Positions 11,135 to 21,275 are shown, counted from the first letter of the stretch. The stretch: 64,000 bases of DNA from an uncultured Acidobacteriaceae bacterium (GCA_963735915.1 CAVTMX010000030.1:187501-251500), one strand, 5' to 3'. Program-made: numbers and translations. Notes: generated by a model not told the origin, from the letters alone.

Positions 11135-12004
11135 GTGCCCGCAAAACCAACATCGCCTAGGCCGACCGTCAGCATTGTTGGCCCGGGAAATCTCGGCCAT
11201 GCGCTGGCGTTGACGCTGTCCGCAGCGGGATACCGGGTGGAATGCATCGCCGTACGGGCGGGCAGCGGGCATTTGCGGCGATCGCGGATGCTGGCGCGGC
11301 GAATCGGTGCGCAGGTGGTCGTGGCCGGAAAGCAGCCGCTCACCGGTGACATCCTTTGGATTACCGTGCCTGACGACGTCATCGCGGGTGTCGCGCATGC
11401 GCTGGCGCGAAGCGGCGAAGGGAAGGGCAAGATTGTTTTCCATTCGAGCGGCGCGCTCACCAGCGATGATCTCGCGCCGCTGCGAGCCAAGGGCGCGAAG
11501 GTCGCGTCGGTGCACCCGATGATGACCTTCGTTCGCGGCGAAGTACCGAACATGACGGGCGTGGCCTTCGCTATCGAAGGCGACGCTGCCGCGGCGCGCG
11601 TGGCCAGACTAATTATTCAAGACGTGAACGGCAGGCCACTCACCATCAAGAAAGAAAACAAGGTGCTCTACCATGTCTTCGGCAGCTTCGGATCGCCGCT
11701 GGTAATCGCGCTGATGGCCGCTATGGAAGAAGTGGCGCTGGCGGCAGGCATTCGCAAACGGGAGATCCAGCAGGTGATCCACCCGTTGTTACAGCAAACT
11801 TTGCGCAATTACTTCAAGTGCGATGCCGCAGCCGCCTTCAGCGGACCCCTGGCGCGAGGGGATGTCGCGACAGTGCGCAAGCACTTGGCAAGTCTCAAAA
11901 AGCTGCCGCAAATGCGCGAAGTTTACCTTGCGCTGGCGAAGACAGCATCGAGAACTCTGCCGGTAAGGAATCGCCAAAATATTGAGACAGAATTGAGAGA
12001 TTGA
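11135..12004 (+). CDS. Rossmann-like plus DUF2520 domain protein (predicted NAD(P) oxidoreductase)
   Basis: VSIVGPGNLGHALALTLSAAGY (GxGxxG), ...VASVHPMMTF..., ...FSGPLARGDVATVRKHL, typical of DUF2520 proteins. Confidence 0.6.
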   Translation: MPAKPTSPRPTVSIVGPGNLGHALALTLSAAGYRVECIAVRAGSGHLRRSRMLARRIGAQVVVAGKQPLTGDILWITVPDDVIAGVAHALARSGEGKGKIVFHSSGALTSDDLAPLRAKGAKVASVHPMMTFVRGEVPNMTGVAFAIEGDAAAARVARLIIQDVNGRPLTIKKENKVLYHVFGSFGSPLVIALMAAMEEVALAAGIRKREIQQVIHPLLQQTLRNYFKCDAAAAFSGPLARGDVATVRKHLASLKKLPQMREVYLALAKTASRTLPVRNRQNIETELRD

Positions 12005-12008
12005 AGAC

Positions 12009-12671
12009 CTACCGCTCCGTAAACAAGTGTCCCATCTTCTCTTTCTTCGTGCGCAGATAGTTCTCGGAGTGCTCGTAAGGCTCTACCTCGGCCGATACGC
12101 GCTCGATCACCTCAATGCCGGCTTGCTCCAGCGCGGCCACCTTGTCCGGGTTGTTGGACATGAGCCGCACCTGCTTCACGCCTAACTGGCGCAGAATTTC
12201 AGCGGGAAGCTTGTACTCGCGATAGTCGTTGTCGTAGCCGAGCTCGACATTGGCTTCGACGGTATCCAAGCCGCGATCTTGAAGTTCGTAGGCTTGCAGC
12301 TTAGCCATCAGCCCGATGCCGCGGCCCTCCTGCTGCTCATAAATCAGGATTCCAGAGCCGGTCTCAGCGATCGAAGAGAGCGCCAGCTCGAGCTGCTGCC
12401 GGCAATCGCAACGCATAGAGTGGAACACGTCGCCGGTGAGACATTGCGAGTGAATGCGCACCAGCGGCGGGGCGGAATGGATGTCGCCCATCACGAGCGC
12501 GACGGCGGTTTCCTTCTCCAGGCAGGCCTGGCCGTCACAGTTGCTGCCGTTTCCCTTCGCTGCCTCGGAAACCGTGGCCTCACATTGCGCTTCAAAGCCG
12601 TGAATGCGGAAGGATCCCCAGCGGGTCGGGAAATTGGCCTCGGCGACCTTCTTGACTACGAAATCGCTCAC
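12009..12671 (-). CDS. ribA: GTP cyclohydrolase II
   Basis: VKKVAEANFPTRWGSFRIHGFE...VRIHSQCLTGDVFHSMRCDCRQQLE...LIYEQQEGRGIGLMAKLQAYELQD...LMSNNPDKV...TKKEKMGHL is collinear with E. coli RibA. GTG 12671 chosen over the TTG at 12752. Confidence 0.85.
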   Translation of the reverse strand: MSDFVVKKVAEANFPTRWGSFRIHGFEAQCEATVSEAAKGNGSNCDGQACLEKETAVALVMGDIHSAPPLVRIHSQCLTGDVFHSMRCDCRQQLELALSSIAETGSGILIYEQQEGRGIGLMAKLQAYELQDRGLDTVEANVELGYDNDYREYKLPAEILRQLGVKQVRLMSNNPDKVAALEQAGIEVIERVSAEVEPYEHSENYLRTKKEKMGHLFTER

Positions 12672-12790
12672 TGTTCGATTATAAGCCGCCGATGCGGTGC
12701 GGACTGGCCAGGCGACTTTCCGGCAGCATCCTGCAGTTGGAATTTCTTGCAACGCAACTTCAGGACATTACCGATTTTCGCCAGCCGACC

Positions 12791-14302
12791 CTACGGCGAG
12801 CCGGCGACGGCGCTCTTGCCAGAATCGGCTGCGGCAATTTGCAGGCAATGGCAGCCCCACGGCGGCAAATCGACATAGAGTCCGGGCGCGAACATACCGT
12901 CGCCGCTGCGTTCATAAGTTGCGCCGGTCAGCGCGTCGGTCAGTCGCCACTGTTTGGCGCGAAGTTCTTCCCGTGCGACCCGCACATTCGCCTGGGCCGC
13001 ACGATCGCTCAGGTTAACCACGATCAGCCGCGCGTCATCACCGCGCGTCCAAGCCCACGCGACCAGGTTCTGGAAGCTCGCGTTATCGGGCCAGCCGCTC
13101 CGGTCGCAGAGAGCCCAGTCGCCCTGGCGAAAAATCGGCGCGTTGACGAACGCCAGCAGCCGGCTATAGAACTCCTGCATTTCCGCATCGACGTGCTCAT
13201 GGGGCCGCCTGCCCAGGAACACCGGAAGCCTCACCTTGCGGCCCTCGAATTGGCCCTCATGGAACATCCTGGCGCCGACGAGAGTCGAGGTGACCACTGC
13301 AGCCGCGCGTTCCTTCGCTGGGGCAAACGCGGCGGCGGCGCGAGGCTCGTCGTGGTTCTCCAGGAAGCGCAACAAGTGCTGCTGGTATGCCGGATCGGCG
13401 CACAGATGCTGGCGCACACGCTCCGCGTTCTCGTGCTCCAGTCGGTCATACAGGCGCTTGTCGTAGCAGAAATCGAAGCCCTTCTGTTGCAGCTCCCACT
13501 CGAGGTCCCAATAGGCTTCGGCAATGAACAGGAAATCGGGATGCACTTGCTTGATGGCGGGAATCACGTCGCTCCAGTACTCCGTCGCTGGCCTGCTCCC
13601 GGCGCGCGCGCCCCAGGTGCGCTCGAAGACATCGTTCAGCAGCAGCATGGCCATATCGCAACGCACGCCATCGCACTGGCCCGCGAGATCGCTTACGGTT
13701 TCCACCACGGCCCTGCGCAGGCCTGGCTGGAAGGCGTTGAGTTGGAGCACATCATGCCAAGCCGGGAAGTACGGGTCCTTGCCGCAGGCGAAAACGTTGT
13801 CCCCTACCACAATGTAAGAGGCAGGATCGTCGCGCGCCTCGTCGGCGCTTCCGTGAATGAAGTATTCCGGATGCTGCACCACCCAGGGATGATCGGGCGC
13901 GACGTGGTTGGGCACGAAATCCAGCAGCAGGCGCATGCCCCGGCGTGCCAGCTCCGCACGAGCGCAGGCCAGTCCTTCGCGTCCGCCCAGCCGCGAATCC
14001 ACCACATACCCGCGAACGCAGTACGGAGAGCCGACGTTGTCCTCCGGGCGGAAGTCGGGCAGCGCGCGGTGAAAGTCCGCCAGATTGTTCTCATTGTGGT
14101 TGGAAATGGCGATCCCGGCGGGACTGCGCTGCCACACGCCCATGAACCAAACCGCGTCGAACCCGAAGCTCGCGATGGCGTCCCACTCCGACGCGGGAAC
14201 GGAACCGAGATCCACTTGCTCGCCGTACTTGAATTCCAGCTCGCCCAGCCAGACCCAGGTGTTGATCTCATACAATGTGGGATATCGAGGCCATGCTGAC
14301 AT
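12791..14302 (-). CDS. GH13 (alpha-amylase family) glycoside hydrolase
   Basis: GH13 regions I-IV: LLLDFVPNHVAPDH, GVRCDMAML, FIAEAYWD, FLENHDEPR. Confidence 0.75.
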   Translation of the reverse strand: MSAWPRYPTLYEINTWVWLGELEFKYGEQVDLGSVPASEWDAIASFGFDAVWFMGVWQRSPAGIAISNHNENNLADFHRALPDFRPEDNVGSPYCVRGYVVDSRLGGREGLACARAELARRGMRLLLDFVPNHVAPDHPWVVQHPEYFIHGSADEARDDPASYIVVGDNVFACGKDPYFPAWHDVLQLNAFQPGLRRAVVETVSDLAGQCDGVRCDMAMLLLNDVFERTWGARAGSRPATEYWSDVIPAIKQVHPDFLFIAEAYWDLEWELQQKGFDFCYDKRLYDRLEHENAERVRQHLCADPAYQQHLLRFLENHDEPRAAAAFAPAKERAAAVVTSTLVGARMFHEGQFEGRKVRLPVFLGRRPHEHVDAEMQEFYSRLLAFVNAPIFRQGDWALCDRSGWPDNASFQNLVAWAWTRGDDARLIVVNLSDRAAQANVRVAREELRAKQWRLTDALTGATYERSGDGMFAPGLYVDLPPWGCHCLQIAAADSGKSAVAGSP

Positions 14303-14412
14303 GATGTCCTCCTACAGCGGCCAAGCCGGCGCCCAGGCTGAGGGTTTGCGGGTCAACTGTAGCACGAGTGCGTGGGCTGGCTATGTGATCTCAGCCTGAA
14401 ACCTCGGTGTCC

Positions 14413-16037
14413 TCAGCGCGTGGCTTCCGCCCTTGCCAGCACAATTGCCGTTCCTGACGACATGGCCTGATAGTAGCCGACGAAGCGCTGCGTCTCGTCA
14501 GTGTGATAAGGCGCCAGATTATGCGCCCAGCGGAACCCGATTGGCTGGTACCACAGCTCGGCCTCGATGTGAAACGGCCCCTGCGCACCGTCCAGCGCGA
14601 CAGAGTATTCGATACGGCTGCCCGCATCGGTGAACTTGGGATCATCGGCCGCCTCGCCCACCACGGCGATGTCGTGCTCGGCGGTTTGCTTGTTGAAGCC
14701 ATGGGGCAGTAGCCGATTGTCCTTGAGGTATCGCACCGCTTGCAGCAAGCCGGTGGTGACGTGCCCATTCGAGTCGCCGAGGATGGGCTCGTAAATCTCC
14801 ACCTGGTCGCTGCTGGTGATGCGACGGTAGTGCGGCTCGTAGCACGACGGATCGGCATCGTTGTCGTTGCCTACGATGGAGCCGTCAGTATTGAGCGCGC
14901 CGGACTCGAACACTGTCTTGCCATTGCGATCGCGCACGGCGACATGCAACCACACCCGGCGCGACGGAAAGGCGGTGGGCAGCTTGTGGCCGGTAAGGTT
15001 CTCGACGGCGACCTGGATGTCCAACCTGCCGGCGTCCGAGGTGATGCTCGGGATGGTCACGCGCGCAGATCCGGAGCGCAGAAAGTCAGAAGTGCGCTCG
15101 GCGGCGCTGGTCAACTCCTGCGGCAACGCCTTCACCGCAAGCTCGTCACGATAGCGGTTCAGCAGGCGCTGCATGAAGAAATTTCCGCCGCTGAAATAAT
15201 GCTCCGCCACGCCGAACCGATCGACCCCCAGCACAGCGGCAATTGGCGCAGGCCCGTGCACTTCAGGCATGTGGCACGACTGGCAACTCTGCTTGCCGGC
15301 ATAGTCGCTGTGCAGCCATTCCAGAAACGGCATCTGCTCGGGAAAGTGCCCAGGTCTTTGCCGCCCTCGCCGCGCGCGGTCGTATACAAAGTGTGACAAG
15401 TGCCGCACAGCGCCGAGTCGGTTACATGCAAGCCGTGCGTGGGCCGAAAGCCGCCGGTGGAGCTTTGCATTACCAGCGCTTGCCCTGGCTCGATCAGGTA
15501 CGGCCCAAATTCCGGATGATGGTCCTTGGACGCGGGCTGCTCCACCACGAAGCCGCCGGTGAAGCTCTCCTTGGCGCCCAGATTCTGACTGCTGATCTGA
15601 TGGCACACGGAGCAGGTCACGCCGTCCTCTGCCTGCGCGCTTTCGCGATCGCTATGCTGGCTAAACGGCAGGAAGGCGAACACCTCGCCCTCTTTGCCCC
15701 GCGCTTTCGCCTCGTAGCGCGTGATCGGCATGTGGCAAACGGAGCACTCGTCTTGCACCTGAGTGCTCACCTCAGAATGATCGAGGGTTTCGCGGCGAAC
15801 GCTGGCCTGCCAGTAGGGATCGCGCGATGAGTTTGCCATTATGCTCGCTCGCCATGCGTACCCGATGGAGACGTCCTTGCCGTCAGGCGTAGTGAGCCCG
15901 TTGTGGCAGGCGAGGCAACGGTCGGAAGTGTGGAAGGCCGGCTTGGGCGAGTTGTCGTCCGCGCCGCCGCGGGCGGGCTCGCGAAGCCACGGTACCAGCA
16001 GCAGAACCAATCCGAGATAGCAGAACTTTCTCATCAC
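14413..16037 (-). pseudogene. Secreted pentahaem c-type cytochrome with a ~270-aa haem-free C-terminal domain; 1 frameshift (~15338) as assembled
   Basis: Signal peptide MMRKFCYLGLVLLLVPW. Five CXXCH motifs: CLACH, CSVCH, CSVCH, CGTCH, CQSCH. ORFs 15159-16037 and 14413-15606 join at ...GKDLGTFP|EQMPFLEWL. Confidence 0.75.
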
Positions 16038-17224
16038 CAGCCGTGAAGCAGGCTCCCCTCCTGCCAGTCCCAGAGAACATAGAACAGCACCTGCGTCGAC
16101 CGGCCCTGCGTGTAGTTAACCGGCACGCGCACGCCCACGTTGCCGCGAACATGCTGACGCTTGCTGAGCGTCACCTGCATTTCGGGCAGCACGTCCCAAT
16201 CGGTGTGAGTGTGATTGACAAGATCGCGGTCGGCCAGAAACTCGCACATCGGCGAGAACAGGCGGCCAAGACCATTGCCTTGCGGAAACATCTGTCCCAC
16301 TGCGGTGTACCAGAAAACCGATTGCGGAGCCTTGCTGGTATCGGTCGGCAAGGTCGCGCCGGTCTGAAACTGGATGAACGTTCTGGTCGGGAACAGTTGG
16401 CCGAACTCGGCGAGCGGCTCGAACGCCGTGGTCCCGCTACCAAGTCCGTGGGTGCTGTTTCCTGTCGGGATGTTGATATTGCCCTGAAGACTAAAGATAG
16501 TGCCCGCGCCCCAACCTTCGTCGGAACTCAGGTGCGAGAACATGACATGCTTCACACCCATCGAAACATCGCCGACACCGCCATACCAGGTATGGTCGGG
16601 CTTCATGAACTCGATTGGCACGTCGACTTCAAGCTGGTTCTTCACGCCAAAGCGCTGTTCGTAGATGACGTGACTGGTGACGCCGCTGGGTCCCGTCGCA
16701 TTCACGCCGGAGGTCAGCACCACTTCGTCCTCGGGGTACGGCTTCTCGGTCACCAGTGCCAACGGAAGATTGAGCTCGCCGCGGGGCCAACGCTCTGTAG
16801 GACAGAAACCCCTGATATACCGTACGACCTCGTCGATCTGGTGCGGCGTCAGCGCCTCCTTGAACGAAGGCATGATCTGCGAGAAGCCGCGATAGGGGCC
16901 ACCATTGGTCACCACGGCCCGGTAGTCGTTGTTGAGTTCGGAGGTGGTCTGATCGCAGCGCGTGAAGTCGGGGAACGTGGACGGCTGCTTGAACCCGCGC
17001 TGTTCGGCGGGCACGCCCTTGCCCTCGGGCCCGTGGCAGGCAATGCAGGCAGTGTGGTAGATCTCTTTGCCGGTCGCTAAGTGCAGTGCGGTGCTATCCG
17101 GCGGCGCCGAGTGCGCCGCGGGGCTCAACAAAGCGCATCCTGCGACGGCGAGCACAGCCGCAAAAACGGAACCCAGGCTGCGATGGGTTTTGCTGCGAAT
17201 GCGGACTGGGGAACCGTGTGACAT
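16034..17224 (-). CDS. Class-I cytochrome c domain fused to a putative 12-strand outer-membrane beta-barrel (MetA/TodX-like)
   Basis: Signal peptide; GKEIYHTACIACHGPEG ... FSQIMPSF (CXXCH plus Met ligand). Then ~270 aa of alternating amphipathic strands ending ...LLHGW. The stop overlaps the start of the downstream pentahaem gene (GTGATG). Confidence 0.6.
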   Translation of the reverse strand: MSHGSPVRIRSKTHRSLGSVFAAVLAVAGCALLSPAAHSAPPDSTALHLATGKEIYHTACIACHGPEGKGVPAEQRGFKQPSTFPDFTRCDQTTSELNNDYRAVVTNGGPYRGFSQIMPSFKEALTPHQIDEVVRYIRGFCPTERWPRGELNLPLALVTEKPYPEDEVVLTSGVNATGPSGVTSHVIYEQRFGVKNQLEVDVPIEFMKPDHTWYGGVGDVSMGVKHVMFSHLSSDEGWGAGTIFSLQGNINIPTGNSTHGLGSGTTAFEPLAEFGQLFPTRTFIQFQTGATLPTDTSKAPQSVFWYTAVGQMFPQGNGLGRLFSPMCEFLADRDLVNHTHTDWDVLPEMQVTLSKRQHVRGNVGVRVPVNYTQGRSTQVLFYVLWDWQEGSLLHGW

Positions 17225-17424
17225 CGCCAGGACATGAAATGTTCGTTAGACAGCCTGGGCGGCACCGGAGTTGCAAATCCTTTGTAACATGTTGCAGGTA
17301 AGTTTTCAGGAATCAGCGGACATCGTGGCCCGCTACTCAGGAGGGAGTCGCAAACGCAGTGTAGATGGTCGTGGACGATTAACTTCAGGTTAACCGGTAA
17401 GTTTCCCCGACCACTATCCACTTC

Positions 17425-17859
17425 TCAGGCCCGCAGTTTTTTCAAATGCAATTCCGACCCTTTGCGGCGATAACTCACGTCATCCATCAAGCTTCGCATC
17501 AGGTGAATGCCACGGCCGTGCTGAGTGAGGTTAGTTCCGTCCTCACTCACGTCAGTCGCCTCCGCGGAATCGAAACCCGGTCCGGGGTCGCGAACGGTGA
17601 ATTCGATCGCCAATGGACTGATCTCAACCGTGCAATGCACAAGCTTGGCGGCATCGCCTTGGCAGCCGTGGAGGATGGCATTTGCCAAAGCCTCCTGCAA
17701 TGCAATCATGATATCGATCTCTTGCTGCTCGTCGGCACAGTAGCGGCGAACATATTCCATGATGGCATCGCGCGCAGGCGGCAGGGCGGCCAAACTGCCG
17801 GTGAGCACGAAATCGCGGGAGAGCGTCTGTTGCTCCACGGGTGGGCGCGTCTCCGGCAA
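17425..17859 (-). CDS. Anti-sigma-factor-type serine kinase (RsbW/SpoIIAB-like HATPase)
   Basis: N-box ALQEALANAILHG, G1 VRDPGPGF, G2 GRGIHLM. Confidence 0.75.
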   Translation of the reverse strand: MPETRPPVEQQTLSRDFVLTGSLAALPPARDAIMEYVRRYCADEQQEIDIMIALQEALANAILHGCQGDAAKLVHCTVEISPLAIEFTVRDPGPGFDSAEATDVSEDGTNLTQHGRGIHLMRSLMDDVSYRRKGSELHLKKLRA

Positions 17860-17869
17860 GGTTCCTCCG

Positions 17870-18229
17870 CTAGGCGGTCATCGTCTGCCATGCATCCGAG
17901 CCGCTGGTGTCGGGGGCGTCCAGCGGCAAGCCGGTGACGTGCAACACGCGATCCAGACTGGCCAGGGCGATCAGGCGACGCGCCGGCAACGATGGATTGG
18001 CGATGCTCAAGCTGGCGTACCGTTGCTGGGCCCAAACGTGCAACTCGACCAGTAGGCCGAGCCCTGCAGCGTCGATGGTATGCACTCGGCTCAGTTCCAG
18101 CAGGAGATGGCGCTCAGCCCGCGACTTGGCCGCGCAGCGCAACGTCTCCGCCTCCACTCCCAGCACAATTCGCCCGGAGCAAATCAGGGTCACGACCGGC
18201 GGCGCGCTCTGGATGTCGACTTTCAGCAT
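17870..18229 (-). CDS. STAS-domain anti-sigma-factor antagonist-like protein
   Basis: Fold pattern ...LLLELSRVHTIDAAGLGLLVEL... The canonical DSSGLG phospho-serine position reads DAAGLG. Lies 10 nt upstream of the kinase gene. Confidence 0.7.
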   Translation of the reverse strand: MLKVDIQSAPPVVTLICSGRIVLGVEAETLRCAAKSRAERHLLLELSRVHTIDAAGLGLLVELHVWAQQRYASLSIANPSLPARRLIALASLDRVLHVTGLPLDAPDTSGSDAWQTMTA

Positions 18230-18457
18230 GATGTTTCCCGAAGCTCCTAAGTTGAGTACGTGACGGCCGGCCCGGTGGTTTCAATTCCACCTGGCTTTTT
18301 AGCCAGTATGACGAAGTTGGATTGCAGAACGATGAATACGGGTGCAGAAAAGACGCAATGGGTATCGGAACATCAACGCTCAGATAGGAGCGAAGCCGGG
18401 CGGAGCAGCCCGGCTTGCGATCTCGTTTACTACTGAGACGTCGAAGACGCGTTCTAC

Positions 18458-19133
18458 TTAGCGCCGGTTTGCACGCCCGACCCCGCCTTGTGCGCCGTTC
18501 CAGCCCCTGCCGAATGTCCCGGCTCGGTGATCTTAATGTGCGTGATCTTCGGCGGATCGTAGGGCTTGTCATTGCGCGGATCGGCGACAAGCGGGCAATC
18601 TTCTTCACCACGTCAATGTCCTGGCACTGGCCAAAAATGCTGTAGTGGCTGTTCAGCGACTTCATCGGAACCTCGGTAATGAAGAACTGCGAGCCATTCG
18701 TATTCGGGCCGCTGTTGGCTATCGCCAGCTTCCCGGCTGCATTGAACGTCAGAGCGGAGCTGACCTCGTCCTTGATCTGGTAGCCGGGATCGCCGGTGCC
18801 GGTCCCCATCGGATCGCCGCCCTGAATCATGAAGTTCGGAATCACGCGATGAAAGATGGTGCCGTCGTACAGCGGCACGCCGTGCATCATCTTGCCGGTT
18901 TTGGGATCCTTCCAGTCCTTCGTGCCCGTCGCCAGGCCAATAAAGTTGGCCACTGACAGCGGGGCCTGGTTGGGAAACAACGTGCAGGTGATGTTGCCGG
19001 CCGTCGTCTCGATCACCGCCGTCGGCTCGGCTGTCTTCTGATTGCTCTTCTCGGTTGTTGAATGTTGCTGCGAAGTCGTCTGCGCCGTCGCAAGACTCGC
19101 CAGACAAAGAATTGCGATAAAGATTCGATTCAT
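18458..19133 (-). pseudogene. Secreted cyclophilin-type peptidyl-prolyl isomerase; 1 frameshift (~18590) as assembled
   Basis: MNRIFIAILCLASLATAQ..., FHRVIPNFMIQGGDP, SGPNTNGSQFFIT, ...DVVKKIAR | DPRNDKPYDPPKITHIKITEP...GAK with stop 18458-18460. Confidence 0.85.
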
Positions 19134-19249
19134 AATTCCTCCAAAGAACGTTGGTATAGTGGTTATGGACAGTGAATACTTCGAGGACCGGCGCTGCCCG
19201 AAACTAGGTAAGCCTACCGGGCAAGCCGAAGAACTGCTCAAAGTACTGA

Positions 19250-19283
19250 TGTCATCCCGAGCGCAGCGAGGCGATCTGCATCC
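19250..19283. repeat. GTCATCCYGAGCG box repeat
   Basis: tgtcatcccgagcgcagcgaggcgatctgcatcc closely resembles 26714-26746. Confidence 0.5.
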
Positions 19284-19322
19284 ATCCGGCTGACGATCAA
19301 GCGATCCCGCGCTTTGCTCGAG

Positions 19323-20593
19323 TCACAATCCCCCAGTCCACCAGCATTGCATTTCTGCATTTCTCCTCGACACCTTCTCCACTTCTCCAAACACTCTCAG
19401 CAGATTTCCGCCAAGAATCTTATCAAGATCGGCCGCCGAATAGCCGCGCTGGGAGAGCGCTTCCGTGATCTTCGGCAGATCGGCCGCCGAATCCAGCCCC
19501 TGCGGCGAGCAATCGATGCCATCGAAATCCGATCCCAGCCCCACATGATCCACGCCCGCAACCTTCACCATGTGGTCGATGTGATCGATCAGATCGCTGA
19601 ACGGCGGCCGCGGCAGCTTCGGCGCCAGCTTCGCCTTGGCCTCCGCCAACTGCTTCACGACCTCCGGCGTCTGCGGCTTGATGAACAGCGCCTGCACCGC
19701 CTCAGTAATCCGGATCGTGCTGCGCCGCCAGCTGCTTCGCCGTGTCCAGATACTTCTGCGAAACAAACGCGCAATAGTAATTCACCTGCGCCACGCCGTT
19801 CTTCGCGGCCAGCGCCTTCAGCATGTCGTCGGTCATATTGCGCGGCGCGTTGGTCAGCGCGCGCGACGACGAATGCGACGCAATCACCGGCGCCTTGCTC
19901 AACTCCAGCGCCTGGTAGAACGTCGAGTCGGCAACATGCGAGATGTCGACCATCATCCCCATCCGGTTCATCTCCGTCACCACTTCGCGGCCAAACGGGG
20001 TGAGCCCGCCGTGATGCTGAATGTTCTGGTCGGTCATGTCGCCGCTGGAGTCGCCAATGTCGTTGGTGTTCGACCACGTCAGCGTCATGTAGCGCACGCC
20101 CAGCCGGTAATAGTCGCGCAGGATGCGGATGTCGCCCTCGATCGCGTGCCCGCCCTCAACGCCCAGCAGCGCCGCCAGCTTGTGCTCGCGATGCGCAACG
20201 AGGATGTCGTGCGTGCCGAACGCCATCATCATCTTGTCGGGATGCCGCCGCGCCTGCTCGTACACCGAGTCGATCATGTCGAGCGCGCGCTTGGCTTCGT
20301 TGCCCTTGATTCGCCTTGGGCTCGACCCAGATGGAGAAGAACTCCGCGCCCAGATTGCCGGCCTTGATTTTGTTGAAGTCGAGATAGCCCGTGCCGGCGT
20401 CCTGCGCCAGATCGAAGTTCTCATCGACGAATCGCCCCGGCGTGTCGGCATGCGTGTCGATGATGATGGCGGAATTGTGGATCGCACGCCAGCCGTTATC
20501 GTTGTGCGCGCTCGCCGACGGCTTTCCCGTTTGCGCGAAGGCAACGCTCACACAGAGTAGGAGTAAGGGTGTAAGCCGAAATGAACTTGGCAT
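19323..20593 (-). pseudogene. Membrane dipeptidase (peptidase M19, renal dipeptidase family); 2 frameshifts as assembled
   Basis: Signal peptide; IIIDTHADTP, LLGVEGGHAIEGD, MMVDISHVAD, VIASHSSSRAL, HVGLGSDFDGI, spread over ORFs 20156-20593, 19702-20544 and 19323-19766. Confidence 0.85.
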
Positions 20594-20807
20594 CGAATAT
20601 GTGTTCAGATGAGCCAGGCGATTGGATTGTAAATTATTCGAAGGGGCACAGGCGTCGAAGAGACCGTCAATGTGTCCTTTAGCGCAACAGCAGATTTCTT
20701 ATGTGCAGAGGGTAGCAAGCCAATAACACCAGGCGCTCTGTACAGTCTAATCCCGGTCGCCTGTTTCTCGTACGTCACAGCCGATGAATAAGCACCGGGT
20801 GCTCCGC

Positions 20808-21275
20808 TCACGCCGAATGCCCGGCCAGAGCGGACGCGACCTGCCGCGCGCGAGTGCCTTCATATCCAACCGAGGCGAAATAGGACACGCGATCGAACAG
20901 GCGATCCAGCGCGAACAGCAGCTCCAATTCGCTAATCAGCCCCTCCGGCTCCAGTAGCCCTTCCTGGCGCAGGAACTCCCACAGGTGTTCCTTCACCGCC
21001 TGAATCGCGTAGAGCATCTGGCTGAAGGGCACGTCCTGCTGGGCGCGGCGCGTTCCCAGCCCGATGTAGCGTTCCTCCACCTCGGCGTAGTCCCGGGTGA
21101 TAATCCAGTCGCTGATGTGGCGATAGATCTCCCACGCCCGGTGTTTCAATTCGTCGTCTGGAACCAGCCGAAGCATGTCCTCGCAAGCCTCGGAGGCCTT
21201 GAGTTTACGGAGCAGACCTTCCGAGAGTTGGTCCGCGTGGTCTTCGATGAGTCGCACCAGCCTGATCGCAAACAT
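20808..21275 (-). CDS. Hypothetical protein, possibly an RsbR N-terminal (non-haem globin)-like sensor domain
   Basis: Met 21275 follows GAGGAGG. MFAIRLVRLIEDHADQLSEGLLRKL...YIGLGTRRAQQDVPFSQMLYAIQAVKEHLWEFL is an all-helical pattern. The family assignment is weak. Confidence 0.35.
   Translation of the reverse strand: MFAIRLVRLIEDHADQLSEGLLRKLKASEACEDMLRLVPDDELKHRAWEIYRHISDWIITRDYAEVEERYIGLGTRRAQQDVPFSQMLYAIQAVKEHLWEFLRQEGLLEPEGLISELELLFALDRLFDRVSYFASVGYEGTRARQVASALAGHSA

Noticed and set aside
12692-14299. 535-aa ORF on the plus strand
   Set aside because: It lies antisense to the GH13 gene, whose motifs are unambiguous. It is Arg/Ala/Gly/His-rich and low in complexity, typical of shadow ORFs in GC-rich DNA.
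16043-17080. 345-aa ORF on the plus strand
   Set aside because: Shadow ORF opposite the cytochrome-barrel fusion gene.
20594-20807. AT-richer 214-nt spacer upstream of the dipeptidase gene, as a possible small-RNA locus
   Set aside because: No promoter/terminator pair or conserved structure is discernible. It is most simply the dipeptidase promoter region.
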